The position numbers were made by a program, and so were the translations under genes. From positions 19,530,001 to 19,594,000 of the forward strand of contig OX597826.1 of the NCBI GenBank assembly GCA_951406725.2: a stretch of 64,000 nucleotides of DNA, read 5' to 3'. The notes beneath the pieces were generated by a model. That model had not been told where the DNA came from and did no database searches. It saw only the letters and a list, made by a program, of their open reading frames with translations. Position 1 is the first letter of the stretch. Each line of letters starts with the position of its first letter. This DNA is from Octopus vulgaris (Eukaryota). Below are positions 39,780-51,635 of this stretch, one piece after another.

Positions 39780-41600
39780 ATATAATGTCTATTGGCACAT
39801 ATCACAAAGAGAAAGTATTCTCTACCAAAGCAAACAAAAAAAACCGAGACGGTATTAAAAGCTATTACTGAAATTGGAAAGGAGTGTTCACAACAATGTA
39901 GTGAACCCGCATTCTGGCAGAGTAACGCCTGTCTATAAGCCCTGTCTACTACTGCAAAGCAATACACGAACGACACTCAAATAGTAAGCAAAACCGAAAC
40001 AACAAAGGAAGTGCTATCATGGGTTCTGAAGACAGAGAAAAAGGTAACTGGCTTACGGAAGACCATCAGCAATGTGATGATGCAAACGAGCAAATCTCTA
40101 TAGTCTCACCAACAAAAAGTGAAGTAGAAGATAGAAGTGATATTTGGAGATAGCAAAAAGAGAACGCTCGGTTGCAAAGTGATCACATTCAAACAGGTGC
40201 TGAAAGCTGTTATTGAGAACTCCGACATCAGAGGATAGTAACCGAAAGAAAAACAATAAACAGAAACTTTAACCAGAACCAAGTAGCAGTGGACGAAGAC
40301 ATGAGAGCAGAAGCAGTGAACATCATAGGAGCTCCTTCGCGAGAAGGCAAACTCTCCTGGAGGAATATCTGGAAGGAAGATGAGGTTAATTGAGATTCTC
40401 TGTGGCTGGAAGTAATTCGAAGTACCTGCATTACACTCAAGATATACAACAACCATGATGATGCTCTTGTGACTGTAACTGAAAAACTTCAGGATGAAAA
40501 ACCACCAGGAGAGTTGATTGTCAGATACTGGTACAAGAAGCTAACCTTCAACCGATCAGATCTTATCAACCCGTTCCACTAAGCTCTCAATGGGAACAAT
40601 AACACAGCTCTGGCAGAGACAAGGCTCTCATTGAGAGCAGCATGGCGGAGAAGGCGGTTAGCACTATAATGACATGAGAGCGGGTGGAGGCCGAAAGAAT
40701 CCACAGTGGACCCACAGTAGCATTTGTGAGGTTCACAGATCCGGAGGTGAAGCCTTAGGGAAACACCGATGTGCAAACAGTCGTGATCCAGCTGATTGTC
40801 AATCGAGAGTGATGGCACTGCATTGAGCCAGGCACCGCTGTGGTTCTGGGAGACCGGGCGGAAACATAGCAGACGGTGCTGGTCACGACAGTGCACTAAC
40901 CCATCCGAGATCATGCTGCACTGGATGGCATCCCATTTGTTTTGCGGGGACCAGAATTCACAAAGGGGAGAGAGGGATAGACGTCCGCGGGGTGGAAATA
41001 ATGCTGGTTTCATGTCGTGTAGGCCGCTGGAATTTGGTCAGAATAAATGTTTCTATACGTTTGCGAAATTAGTAATAGCTGTAAACCAGATTAGTAGCAT
41101 CACCATCAATGACTTAACTGTTTCGGCTATATCTGGTGAGGAATGTTACAGGCCCCCTGAGGTAGATGAAAACATATCTTACGATGGTACATGTAACAAA
41201 GAAACTCACCACTGGTTAAGAAAAATATGGATCTCGCAACTCTGCATTCAATAAAATAGTGACTCATAGTGTTTGTAATAGCAATAGTCATATCATCATT
41301 TGGTCTACTGGGTTGAACTCGTGATGAGATCTTAGTCATTGATATGAAAACCCAGAAAATACTGACCAATAGATATGAACTACAAGATATAGAAGCTAAT
41401 ATACTGCATAACATTCCCCAGTTACAAAGAGAATTATATTGGCGAACCCAACTATTCTTTTTGACTATGTACAAGAACCTACAGACAACACATCATGCAA
41501 AAAGAATTATGTCAGGTTCCGGTGAGCAAGGATCTGGAAATATGCGGAAATAGCAGACTCAAGACTATCCTTTCTAAAAATGCCCAAGGGATGAGCCAAA
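39780..41600 (+). mobile_element. Second R4/Dong-like fragment, interrupted by a CRE piece
   Basis: WRNIWKE, PPGELIVRYWYKKL, FGQNKC, DENISYDG. Confidence 0.6.
40627..41013 (-). mobile_element. CRE-clade LINE fragment
   Basis: HSGAWLNAVP...LRLHLRICEPHKCYCG...HPLSC...RHAALNE. Confidence 0.8.
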
Positions 41601-42306
41601 GTATCGGAAGGCAACGGAATTATATTTTATAAAAGAAATTTTTACCAGAACTAAATGTATAAAAAACACTTTTAAAACTATATGAGAAATGCTTATGAAA
41701 AAGTTACTTTCCTAGATGAACCAAACCAGATTACCACTGGTATTAATATTAATAACGTTTTTATTACTGTTACTAAAATAACTGGAGATATTCACTTAAG
41801 CAACCATCACATAACACCCACACAGTCTCTCACACACATACGCTTAAACACACCACACATACATTTAAAAACCTTTCTATTTTCTACAGTTGGGAAACAT
41901 GACAACTGACCAAACATACTATGAATCACACAATGGCTAAAAGAATTTCTTTGTAATTGATAAAAAATTTGACTTTTGACCAGCCATCAATTTCAACCAT
42001 CCCAGAAAAACACTCCTTTCCTTCTTTCTTTCATCTTGTATTACTTTTACTTTTTCTCCAAGCCACCCAAAAATTCATCGCACATACAGGAAGATACATA
42101 TACAAACATATACACACACATATATAAATCCCAAATAAGAAAGAACATCTCAACCACTCCTAAAAATATCCTCTTCCCAAAATTCAAGAAAGGAAATTCA
42201 ACACCAGATTTTTCTCAACATACATATAAAAGATACGAAATTTTATTAAAAAATTATTCATAATGAATCCCACAAAATTATTATCCAAATACTGAGTACC
42301 TCCTTT

Positions 42307-42380
<74 letters not shown>

Positions 42381-42549
42381 ATTCAAAATAAGCAACAAGG
42401 ATATCCAGAGGTAATCCTTGTTGCTTATTTTGATTATAATCACCCCATTTGGAATTATATGGATAATACCATACTAAATTCTGGTGCCTTTAACTTAAGT
42501 ACCTTATTCAACTGAATCTAAATTTTTACTTGAACTTATATATATATAT

Positions 42550-43454
42550 TGTTATGAAGGTTAATTTAAGGACAGTGGTTGCGACCTACTTTTGGAATAA
42601 ATCCATTGTCCTGTCAGATTCAGGTGGATTGATTAGTTCTGGGGAGACCTGCGACCCTTTTCAGGTAAAAGAAAGTTCGAGGAAACCCCTTAAAAAGCAG
42701 GGAGATGTGAGTCTGTTAGACAGTCGAGGACAGAGCAAGTGAGTAACAGGTTGTTTCTGCTGTGACAGAGGAAGACAGGCAGAGAAGATTAAGGAACTGA
42801 GAGAGATTGCGGCGAGAGGGCTTGGCGATTACAGTAGTAGTTTTCTGAAATTGTTGCAGACGGAAAGGAACGTCCGGTAAAATTTTGTTTGTGTCTTTTG
42901 GTTGTTGTATTTTGATGTGTTGAACTAAAAAGAGAATTGATGTGAAAAAAGAAGGAAAGAGTAAAAAGAAAGAACAGTGCTAAAGACTGAAAAAGAAATG
43001 AGATTGTAAAGACATTGTGAATTAAGGAAAAAGAGTTGTTGAAATGTAAAAGAAGGAAGAAAAAGAGAAAGACTTTAATGTGATTTGGACATTGAACTGC
43101 ATCGTTGTTTTGATTTGTATCGTGAACATTATTTGTTTGATTCGACGTGTACTGTTTAAATGCTTTGATTTGTTGTTTCTTGCATGTATTTTCTTTGATT
43201 TCTTTGATGTTGTAATAATTGTATAAACTGTTGTTAAATGTAGCCAATTGCCTTCCGCCGTCTCTCTCTGCATCTCTTCCTGTTTGTTGTTGTTGTTATC
43301 TCTGGTCGCCGGTCCTGCCGGGTTCGCTGCCATCCCCACCGAGTCCTCTCTCTGTGGCGAATTCTCCGTTCGACTGAGCCTGGTCAATCGTCGTCGCTCG
43401 ACTTGGTAGGGTCCCGGGTTTCCGAAGAGTTTGAGCGACGGCAGGTTCGTAACA
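42550..43454. mobile_element. Solo LTR (905 bp)
   Basis: TGTTATGA...TCGTAACA inverted termini (TG..CA), ATAT on both flanks, no coding interior, GC-rich end. Confidence 0.7.
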
Positions 43455-43542
43455 ATATATATATACTCTTTTACTCTTTTACTTGTTTCAGTCATTTGAC
43501 TGCGGCCACTCCTGCGCCTATATATATATATAAACTTCCCTG

Positions 43543-43616
<74 letters not shown>

Positions 43617-43788
43617 ATATATATTATCAATGTAGGATGAATTTTTTTTCATAAAATAATTTCATCAAAAACTGGCACCATATTAAAAAACCTTTAAAAG
43701 AAAAATTATTCCCATGCCAATATATTATCAGCATATTGGCATGGAACTAATTTTTCTTTTGCCCTTGTTTATAAGTTGTTTATAAAGA

Positions 43789-43864
<76 letters not shown>

Positions 43865-43870
<6 letters not shown>

Positions 43871-44084
43871 ACTTGTTTCAGTCATTTTGACTGCGGCCAT
43901 GCTGGAGCACCGCCTTTAATCGAGCAACTCGACCCCGGGACTTATTCTTTGTAAGCCCAGTACTTATTCTATCGGTCTCTTTTGCCGAACCGCTAAGTGA
44001 CGGGGACATTAACACACCAGCATCGGTTGTCAAGCAATGCTAGGGGGACAAACACAGACACACAAACATACACGCACACGCACG

Positions 44085-44172
<88 letters not shown>

Positions 44173-44341
44173 CATATATACGACGGGCTTCTTTCAGTTT
44201 CTGTCTACCAAATCCACTCACAAGGCTTTAGTCGGCCCGAGGCTATAGTAGAAGACACTTGCCCAAGGTGCCACGCAGTGGGACTGAACCGGAACCATGT
44301 GGTTGGTAAACAAGCTACTTCCACGCAGCCACTCCTGCGCC
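43865..44341 (-). mobile_element. tRNA-derived SINE, full length
   Basis: Reverse complement of the 15425 family; A/B boxes at ~44330 and ~44285; internal (CA)n. Confidence 0.9.
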
Positions 44342-44353
44342 TATATATATATA

Positions 44354-44748
44354 CTAGCAGTATCGCCCGGCGTTGCTCGGGTTTGTAAGGGAAATAATTA
44401 TATAAGCATTTTTAGAGATGTAAAGTATAATAGCCATCTCAATATGGCTAACCACAAAGGGGGAGGGGTGTTACTGTAGCATTTTACGTTCTGAGATTTA
44501 ATAATAAATTTTAGAGAGTTACTTCCCTTATATATGTCAAAAATGGATTAACAATGGGAAAAATTGATGGTAATTTTTTTTTAAAATCATAGACTCATCG
44601 TAGACGCGCGCTAATACCCAGACGGTCTCGATATGAATCACGACTATAAGATACCCGGTTTTGGTTAAACTGCACCGCAAAATGTGGGAGTAGTTAGGAA
44701 TCTAAATCGTAGGAGACAGACACACAACCTCACTTTTATATATAAAGA
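44354..44748 (-). mobile_element. Non-autonomous Helitron (395 bp)
   Basis: 5' TCTTTATATATAAAA, 3' hairpin CCCGAGCAACGCCGGG plus CTAG, A|T insertion context. Confidence 0.8.
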
Positions 44749-44910
44749 TTTCCTCTATTTACATAATATTGAGGTCTCTTTCTTTCTTTTGTTATCTTAC
44801 TGTTTTTACCAATATACATATATATATATATATAAATATATATATAGTTACAGAGATGTACTTGCATAGCAAGTGACTTGATCTGAGATCGTGTGCTGGA
44901 ATGAAAACAG

Positions 44911-45169
44911 TTGCAGCGTTGAAGGTGTTTATAAGCCATTTAAGAAACACACAAAAACCGTTAGATTCACTTCAACATTTAAATTTAATTTGTCAAAATA
45001 TTTTCGTCGCTTTGAGACCGCGACCTGTTAGCACGATATTTTTGTCAGTGAACAGGTCGCGGTCTCAAAGCGACGAAAATATTTTGGCAAATTAAATTTA
45101 AATGTTGAAGTGAATGTAACGGTTTTTGTGTGTTTCTTAAATGGCTTACAAACACCTTCCACGCTGCAA
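44911..45169. repeat. 119-bp inverted repeat (PLE-style inverted end)
   Basis: Arms 44911-45029 and 45051-45169, few mismatches, 21-nt spacer. Confidence 0.9.
45041..45091 (+). ncRNA. Hammerhead ribozyme, G3:C8 covariant core
   Basis: TTTGTCA-GTGAACA-G-GTCGC-GGTCTCAAA-GCGAC-GAAA-ATAT-TT-TGGCAAA. Confidence 0.7.
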
Positions 45170-46304
45170 TATATATATACACACACATATATATATATAT
45201 GTATGTATGTATGTATGTGTGTATATGTGTATGTGTATGTATGTGTGTGTGTGTGTGCGTGTCTGTGCTTGTGATTGTCCTCCACCACTGCTTGACAACG
45301 AATGTTGGTTTGTTTACATCCCTGTCACTTAGTGGTTTGACAAAGGAAACAGATAGAATAAGTACAATGCTTACAAAAATAAAACTGGAGTTGATTCATT
45401 AAACTACAATTCTTCAAGGCATTGCCCCAGCATGGCCACAGACCAATGGCTGGAAAAAGCAGAAGAATAAAAGAATACATTCTCTGCTTTGGTCTTATGT
45501 TCAAGGCATGAGAAAGCTTGAGTTTACATGAGAAGGCCTAACAGACCTGGTAGAAACAGCAGCCAAATCTCCCTCAAATCACACCTTACTGTCTTATGTA
45601 TGTATATATATATATGAGCCAATGAGGGGGACCTCTACATGGTAGCTAGACCTGGTAGAAATAGCAGCCAAATATCCCCCAAATCACACCTTACTGTCTT
45701 ATCTATGTATATATGTATGAGCCTATGAGGGAGACCCCTACATGGCAGCTAGACATGGTAGAAATAGCAGCCAAATCTCCCTCAAATCACACCTTACTGT
45801 CTTATCTTTCTGCTACTTGGATATAGGTCTTATATTCATCGTAAAAACTTTCCTGTCACACACTCACGCACACGCACACACACACACACGCACCCTCACA
45901 CATACACACACGCGCACACACACACACACTGACACACACGCACGTTAGCTTACAATTTTATTTATATATTTGCGTGTGTATGTGTGGAAAGAGGAAGTTG
46001 GAGGCAGAGTGAAAGAATCACTCACTACAGTAAGTGAATTAGTTTCATTTTATTCGTTGCCCACTGTGTGTGTGCGTTTGCGTGTGGTGTAAACCAGACT
46101 AAGAAAAGCATTTGACACACACACCAGAATGTGAGTTTTCTGTAAATTTTGCTTAATTGGAGTTTAAATTTTGAAAACTGGACCTGGCATGACGCGATGC
46201 ATTGTACTCTTAAAAATGGTAGGTAAATTGTAATTGAAGAAATGCTATATTGTAGATTTGTATAACTCCCAAAGGGAGGCAGATAAAATCTGCCTTTTAT
46301 AATA

Positions 46305-46363
<59 letters not shown>

Positions 46364-47139
46364 TCCCTGGAAATGGATGAGTGGCGTTCAAACAAATAAT
46401 AATGATAGGAGTAATATATATATATATATATATATATTTTATATATATACTAGCAGTATCGCCCGGCGTTGCTCGGGTTTGTAAGGGAAATAATTATATA
46501 AGCATTTTTAGAGATGTAAAGTATAATAGCCATCTCAATATGGCTAACCACAAAGGGGGAGGGGTGTTACTGTAGCATTTTACGTTCTGAGATTTAATAA
46601 TAAATTTTAGAGAGTTACTTCCCTTATATATGTCAAAAATGGATTAAAAATGGGAAAAATTGATGGTAATTTTTTTTTAAATCGTAGACTCATCGTAGAC
46701 GCGCGCTAATACCCAGACGGTCTCGATATGAATCACGACTATAAGATACCCGGTTTTGGTAAAACTGCACCGCAAAATGTGGGAGTAGTTAGGAATCTAA
46801 ATCGTAGGAGACAGACACACAACCTCACTTTTATATATAAAGATTTCCTGTATTTACATAATATTGAGGTCTCTTTCTTTCTTTTGTTATCTTACTGTTT
46901 TTACCAATATACATATATATATATATATATATAAATATATATATAGTTACAGAGATGTACTTGCATAGCAAGTGACTTGATCTGAGATCGTGTGCTGGAA
47001 CGAAAACAGTTGCAGCGTTGAAGGTGTTTATAAGCCATTTAAGAAACACACAAAAACCGTTAGATTCACTTCAACATTTAAATTTAATTTGTCAAAATAT
47101 TTTCGTCGCTTTGAGACCGCGACCTGTTAGCACGATATT

Positions 47140-47190
47140 TTTGTCAGTGAACAGGTCGCGGTCTGAAAGCGACGAAAATATTTTGGCAAA
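47140..47190 (+). ncRNA. Hammerhead ribozyme, G3:C8 covariant (copy 2)
   Basis: Same as 45041-45091; one change, confined to loop II. Confidence 0.7.
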
Positions 47191-47286
47191 TTAAATTTAA
47201 ATGTTGAAGTGAATGTAACGGTTTTTGTGTGTTTCTTAAATGGCTTACAAACACCTTCCACGCTGCAATATATATATACACACATA

Positions 47287-47317
<31 letters not shown>

Positions 47318-47634
47318 GTATATGTGTATGCATGTATGTGTGTGTGTGTGCGTGTCTGTGCTTGTGATTGTCCTCCACCACTGCTTGACAACGAATGTTG
47401 GTTTGTTTACATCCCTGTCACCTAGTGGTTTGACAAAGGAAACTGATAGAATAAGTACAATGCTTACAAAAATAAAACTGGAGTTGATTCATTAAACTAC
47501 AATTCTTCAAGGCATTGCCCCAGCATGGCCACAGACCAATGGCTGGAAAAAGCAGAAGAATAAAAGAATACATTCTCTGCTTTGGTCATATGTTGAAGGC
47601 ATGAGAAAGCTTGAGTTTACATGAGAAGGCCTAA

Positions 47635-48118
47635 CAGACCTGGTAGAAACAGCAGCCAAATCTCCCTCAAATCACACCTTACTGTCTTATGTACGTATAT
47701 ATATATATGAGCCAATGAGGGGGACCTCTACATGGTAGCTAGACCTGGTAGAAATAGCAGCCAAATTTCCCCCAAATCACACCTTACTGTCTTATCTATG
47801 TATATATGTATGTATGAGCCTATGAGGGAGACCCCTACATGGCAGCTAGACCTGGTAGAAATAGCAGCAAAATTTCCCCCAAATCACACCTTACTGTCTT
47901 ATCTATGTATATATGTATGTATGAGCCTATGAGGGAGACCCCTACATGGCAGCTAGACCTGGTAGAAATAGCAGCCAAATTTCCCCCAAATCACACCTTA
48001 CTGTCTTATCTATGTATATATGTATGTATGAGCCTATGAGGGAGACCCCTACATGGCAGCTAGACATGGTAGAAATAGCAGCCAAATCTCCCTCAAATCA
48101 CACCTTACTGTCTTATCT
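47635..48118 (+). repeat. ~107-bp minisatellite (~4.6 units; ~2.6 units at 45543-45806)
   Basis: GAGCCTATGAGGGAGACCCCTACATGGCAGCTAGACCTGGTAGAAATAGCAGCC repeated; ORF-track starts at 47732, 47839 and 47946 are 107 apart. Confidence 0.9.
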
Positions 48119-48626
48119 TTGTGCTACTTATATTCATCGTAAAAAACTTTCCTGTCACACACTCACGCACACGCACACACACACACACGCGCGCACCCTC
48201 ACACACACACACGCGCGCGCACACACACACCCACTCACACACACGCACGTTAGCTTACAATTTTATTTATATATTTGCGTGTCTGTGTTGAAAGAGGAAG
48301 TGGGAGGCAGAGTGAAAGAATCACTCACTACAGTAAGTAAATTACTTTCATTTTATTCGCTGCCCACTGTGTGTGTGCGTTTGCGTGTGGTGTAAACCAG
48401 ACTAAGAAAAGCATTTGACACACACACCAGAATGTGAGTTTTCTGTAAATTTTGCTTAATTGGAGTTTAAATTTTAAAAACTGGAGCTGGCATGACGCGA
48501 TGCATTGTACTCTTAAAAATGCAAGGTAAATTGTAATTGAAGAAATCCTATATTGTAGATTTGTATAACTCCCAAAGGGAGGCAGATAAAATCTGCCTTT
48601 TATAATAAGAGATATAATTGTGTGTG

Positions 48627-48699
<73 letters not shown>

Positions 48700-48729
48700 A
48701 TGTATGTATGTATGTATATACGCATGTAT

Positions 48730-49161
48730 GGATACAGGACGTCACAAACAGTAAACAACATGAGATACAAAAACAAATGAATTGAAAACGCAAACAACGA
48801 GAGAAACAAATGGAAAAAAGGACAAGTAACATAAAGAACAACCCTGTCTACTCCCCATTTCGAGCAGTGAACGACAATATGAGTCTTCGAAGGTTCCCAC
48901 AGATACCAAAATAAAATTTGGGATTTAGGGCGGGTCAAAGCTGGAAACAAAAACAGGACAGTGGAGACATACAAGGAAACCGGACGAAAGCAAACATGGA
49001 GGGTCGTTAGACCAGAACGAGGGTAAAATAGCGAACGCTGGAGAAATATTTTCTTTGACAAGAGAAAAGATAGAAGAGAGTAATAGATAGGATACGTCAA
49101 ATAATTTTTTTCGTATTTCATGTTGTTTACTGTTTGTGACGTTCTGTACCCATATATGCGC

Positions 49162-49234
<73 letters not shown>

Positions 49235-49880
49235 TATATATTATTTATATTTGATTGAACACCACGCATCCATTTCCAAGTAAGTTTATCTTAATCTTTT
49301 TGATGCGACTCTACCCTATACTGTTCTCTCCCCCTATCGTTTTCTCTCTCATCCTTTCTCTAATTCCTTTTTCTCCTCTTCACCGTTTTCTATCTGTCTC
49401 TCACTCCCTCTTTCTCCTTTACTCTCTCTCATTGCTCACACGTGACCATCGTCCATATCTCTTTTCCTCACGTGATCATATTTTTGTTTCTTTCAGAGCT
49501 GTCCTAGAAGCTGGTTGTATCTTATCTTTCTCTCTCCTCTGTCTTTTCTCTTGTCATAAAAATTATTTCTCCAGCGTTCGCTATTTTACTCTCGTTCTAA
49601 CGGCACTCCATGTTTGTTTTCGTTCGGTTTCCTTGTTCATCTCCAATGTACTGTTTTTGTTCCCAACTTTGACCCTCCATAAATCCCAAGTTTTATTTAG
49701 GTATTTGTGGGAGCAACTGCCTTCAATGCTTCAAATGAGGAGTAGATAGGCAGCCGACAACTGATGAAGGGTAGTTACTTGTCCGGTTTTCACTTTGTTT
49801 CTCTCGTTGTTTGCGTATTCAGCTCATTTGTTTTCGTATTCCATGTTGTTTACTGTTTGTGACGTCCTATACCCATATAT
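48730..49880. repeat. Two inverted copies of a dispersed repeat, with a nested inverted end
   Basis: 48730-49075 is the reverse complement of ~49545-49875. 48734-48770 is also inverted against 49112-49148. Confidence 0.75.
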
Positions 49881-49881
49881 G

Positions 49882-49922
<41 letters not shown>

Positions 49923-50986
49923 CTAACAAAGCTGTATAAGTGTCAATTCATTACGGCCAATTCGAGCGATTCCTTTAATTGATCAATGAAAGCATTACAT
50001 CGTTACAAAGAAAACCGTTCTTATCAGATGAGTGCATACAATCGAACATAAAGGACAAGTTAGACATTTAAACATATTTATATCATCGATAGAGAGCAAA
50101 TATTTACAATGATTCCGCTGCTAAATTTTTAGCATTATATACGGGCGCGCGCGCACGCACACACACATATATATATATATACAAAATGGGACAAGAAGAG
50201 CAAGCAGGCTTGGCTGATCGGTCACGTGGGAAGAGAGAGAGAGAGAGAGAGAGAAGTAGAAGCAGAGGAACAAAAGAATTAAGGAGAGGCGAGAAAAAAT
50301 GACAGGGACACAGTGAAGTGAAAAGTGGAGGGAAAGTGAGTAAGAAGAGAAGGCAAAGAAATGTGAGAGAGGGGGAACGAAAGAACGAAGAATGGAATGA
50401 GCGAATAAGCGTGAAAAAGTTTTTAATTTTTCTGTCCCTCTGCTTCTATTTCTCTCTCTCTTCTCTTCCCACGTGACCGATCGTCCAAGCCTGCTTCCTC
50501 TTTCTTTCTTGGTCTGACCGTGGTCCGTGCAACATTGATATTCTTCCCTGTGTTTGTGAAATATTTGTATCTCTACCGTTAGGCTTCATTTCCTCACGCG
50601 CCAGCCTAATTCAATTCGTCCTTAGTCGAAAGACACCTGTTGTTATGTCCTGTTATTATTTTTATTGTATTTATATTTGTGTTACATTGCCCGTTTTTTT
50701 CCGTCCTTGTTTTTCTTCCAAGGAATCTAATGCTCTTAACTTAGTTTTTCCTTGGGGCTAGCCAGATGGGAGCAATCTCAAGAATAATCAGCCGAAATTG
50801 CAAGGATAATCTGGTTTTTGACTGAAGAAAGAAAACTTCGAATGACCCGTCCTTGTTTTCTTTGTATCGTTTATCCGGATGTTTTGCGTTCTTATCCCAT
50901 TTTGTATATATATATATATATATATATATAGCGGCGTACGTACACTTTGTTCTCTCTCTCTCTCTTTATATATATATATTATATAT

Positions 50987-51325
50987 GTGAAGGCGCATGG
51001 CTCAGTGGTTAGAGCGTCGAGCTTACGATCGTGAGGTTGTGAGCTCGAATCCCGGACCGGGCTGCGTGTTGTGTTCTTGAGCAAGACACTTTATTTCATG
51101 TTGCTCCAGTTCACTCAGTTGTAGAAATGAGTTGCGACGTCACAGGTGCCAAGCTGTATCGGCCCCTTTGCCTTTCCCTTGGATGACATCGGTAGCGTAG
51201 AGAGGGGAGGCCGGTATTCATGGGTGACTGCTGGTCTTCCATAAACAACCTTGCCCGGACTTGTGCCTCGGAGGGTAACTTTCGAGGTGCAATCCCATGG
51301 TCAGTCATGACCGAAGGGGATCTCA
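50987..51325 (+). mobile_element. tRNA-derived SINE with Meta-domain-like core
   Basis: A-box TGGCTCAGTGG, B-box-like GCTCGAATCC, core TGTGTTCTTGAGCAAGACACTTTA...CACTCAG.TGTAGAAATGAGT. Confidence 0.8.
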
Positions 51326-51351
51326 GCAACATATATATACAAATATATAAA

Positions 51352-51418
<67 letters not shown>

Positions 51419-51425
51419 ATATACT

Positions 51426-51456
<31 letters not shown>

Positions 51457-51597
51457 ATATACTTATATATATATATATATATACTTATATATATATATAT
51501 ATACATACATACGTACACACATAAGCACCCATATATGTACAACATAGACATACACATAGTACACACACAGACACATACACCTCACACGTGAGCACAC

Positions 51598-51635
<38 letters not shown>

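Larger units (their letters stand above)
44354..46307 (-). repeat. Composite unit copy 1 (Helitron-bounded), duplicated at 46450-48610
   Basis: Near-identical sequence at ~2096-bp offset. Similarity starts at CTAG and stops at the AATAAGA (5' TC) end. Confidence 0.9.
46450..48610 (-). repeat. Composite unit copy 2
   Basis: Duplicate of 44354-46307 with an expanded minisatellite; Helitron 46450-46843; inverted repeat ~47010-47268. Confidence 0.9.

Noticed and set aside
47635-48118. Regular repeats as a possible CRISPR array
   Set aside because: Whole units are near-identical with no unique spacers, there are no cas genes, and the context is eukaryotic. The 45-bp repeats also lack a repeat-spacer structure.
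50990-51062. tRNA gene
   Set aside because: A/B boxes are present but no proper acceptor stem, and the sequence continues into a SINE core. The same applies to 15425 and 44341.
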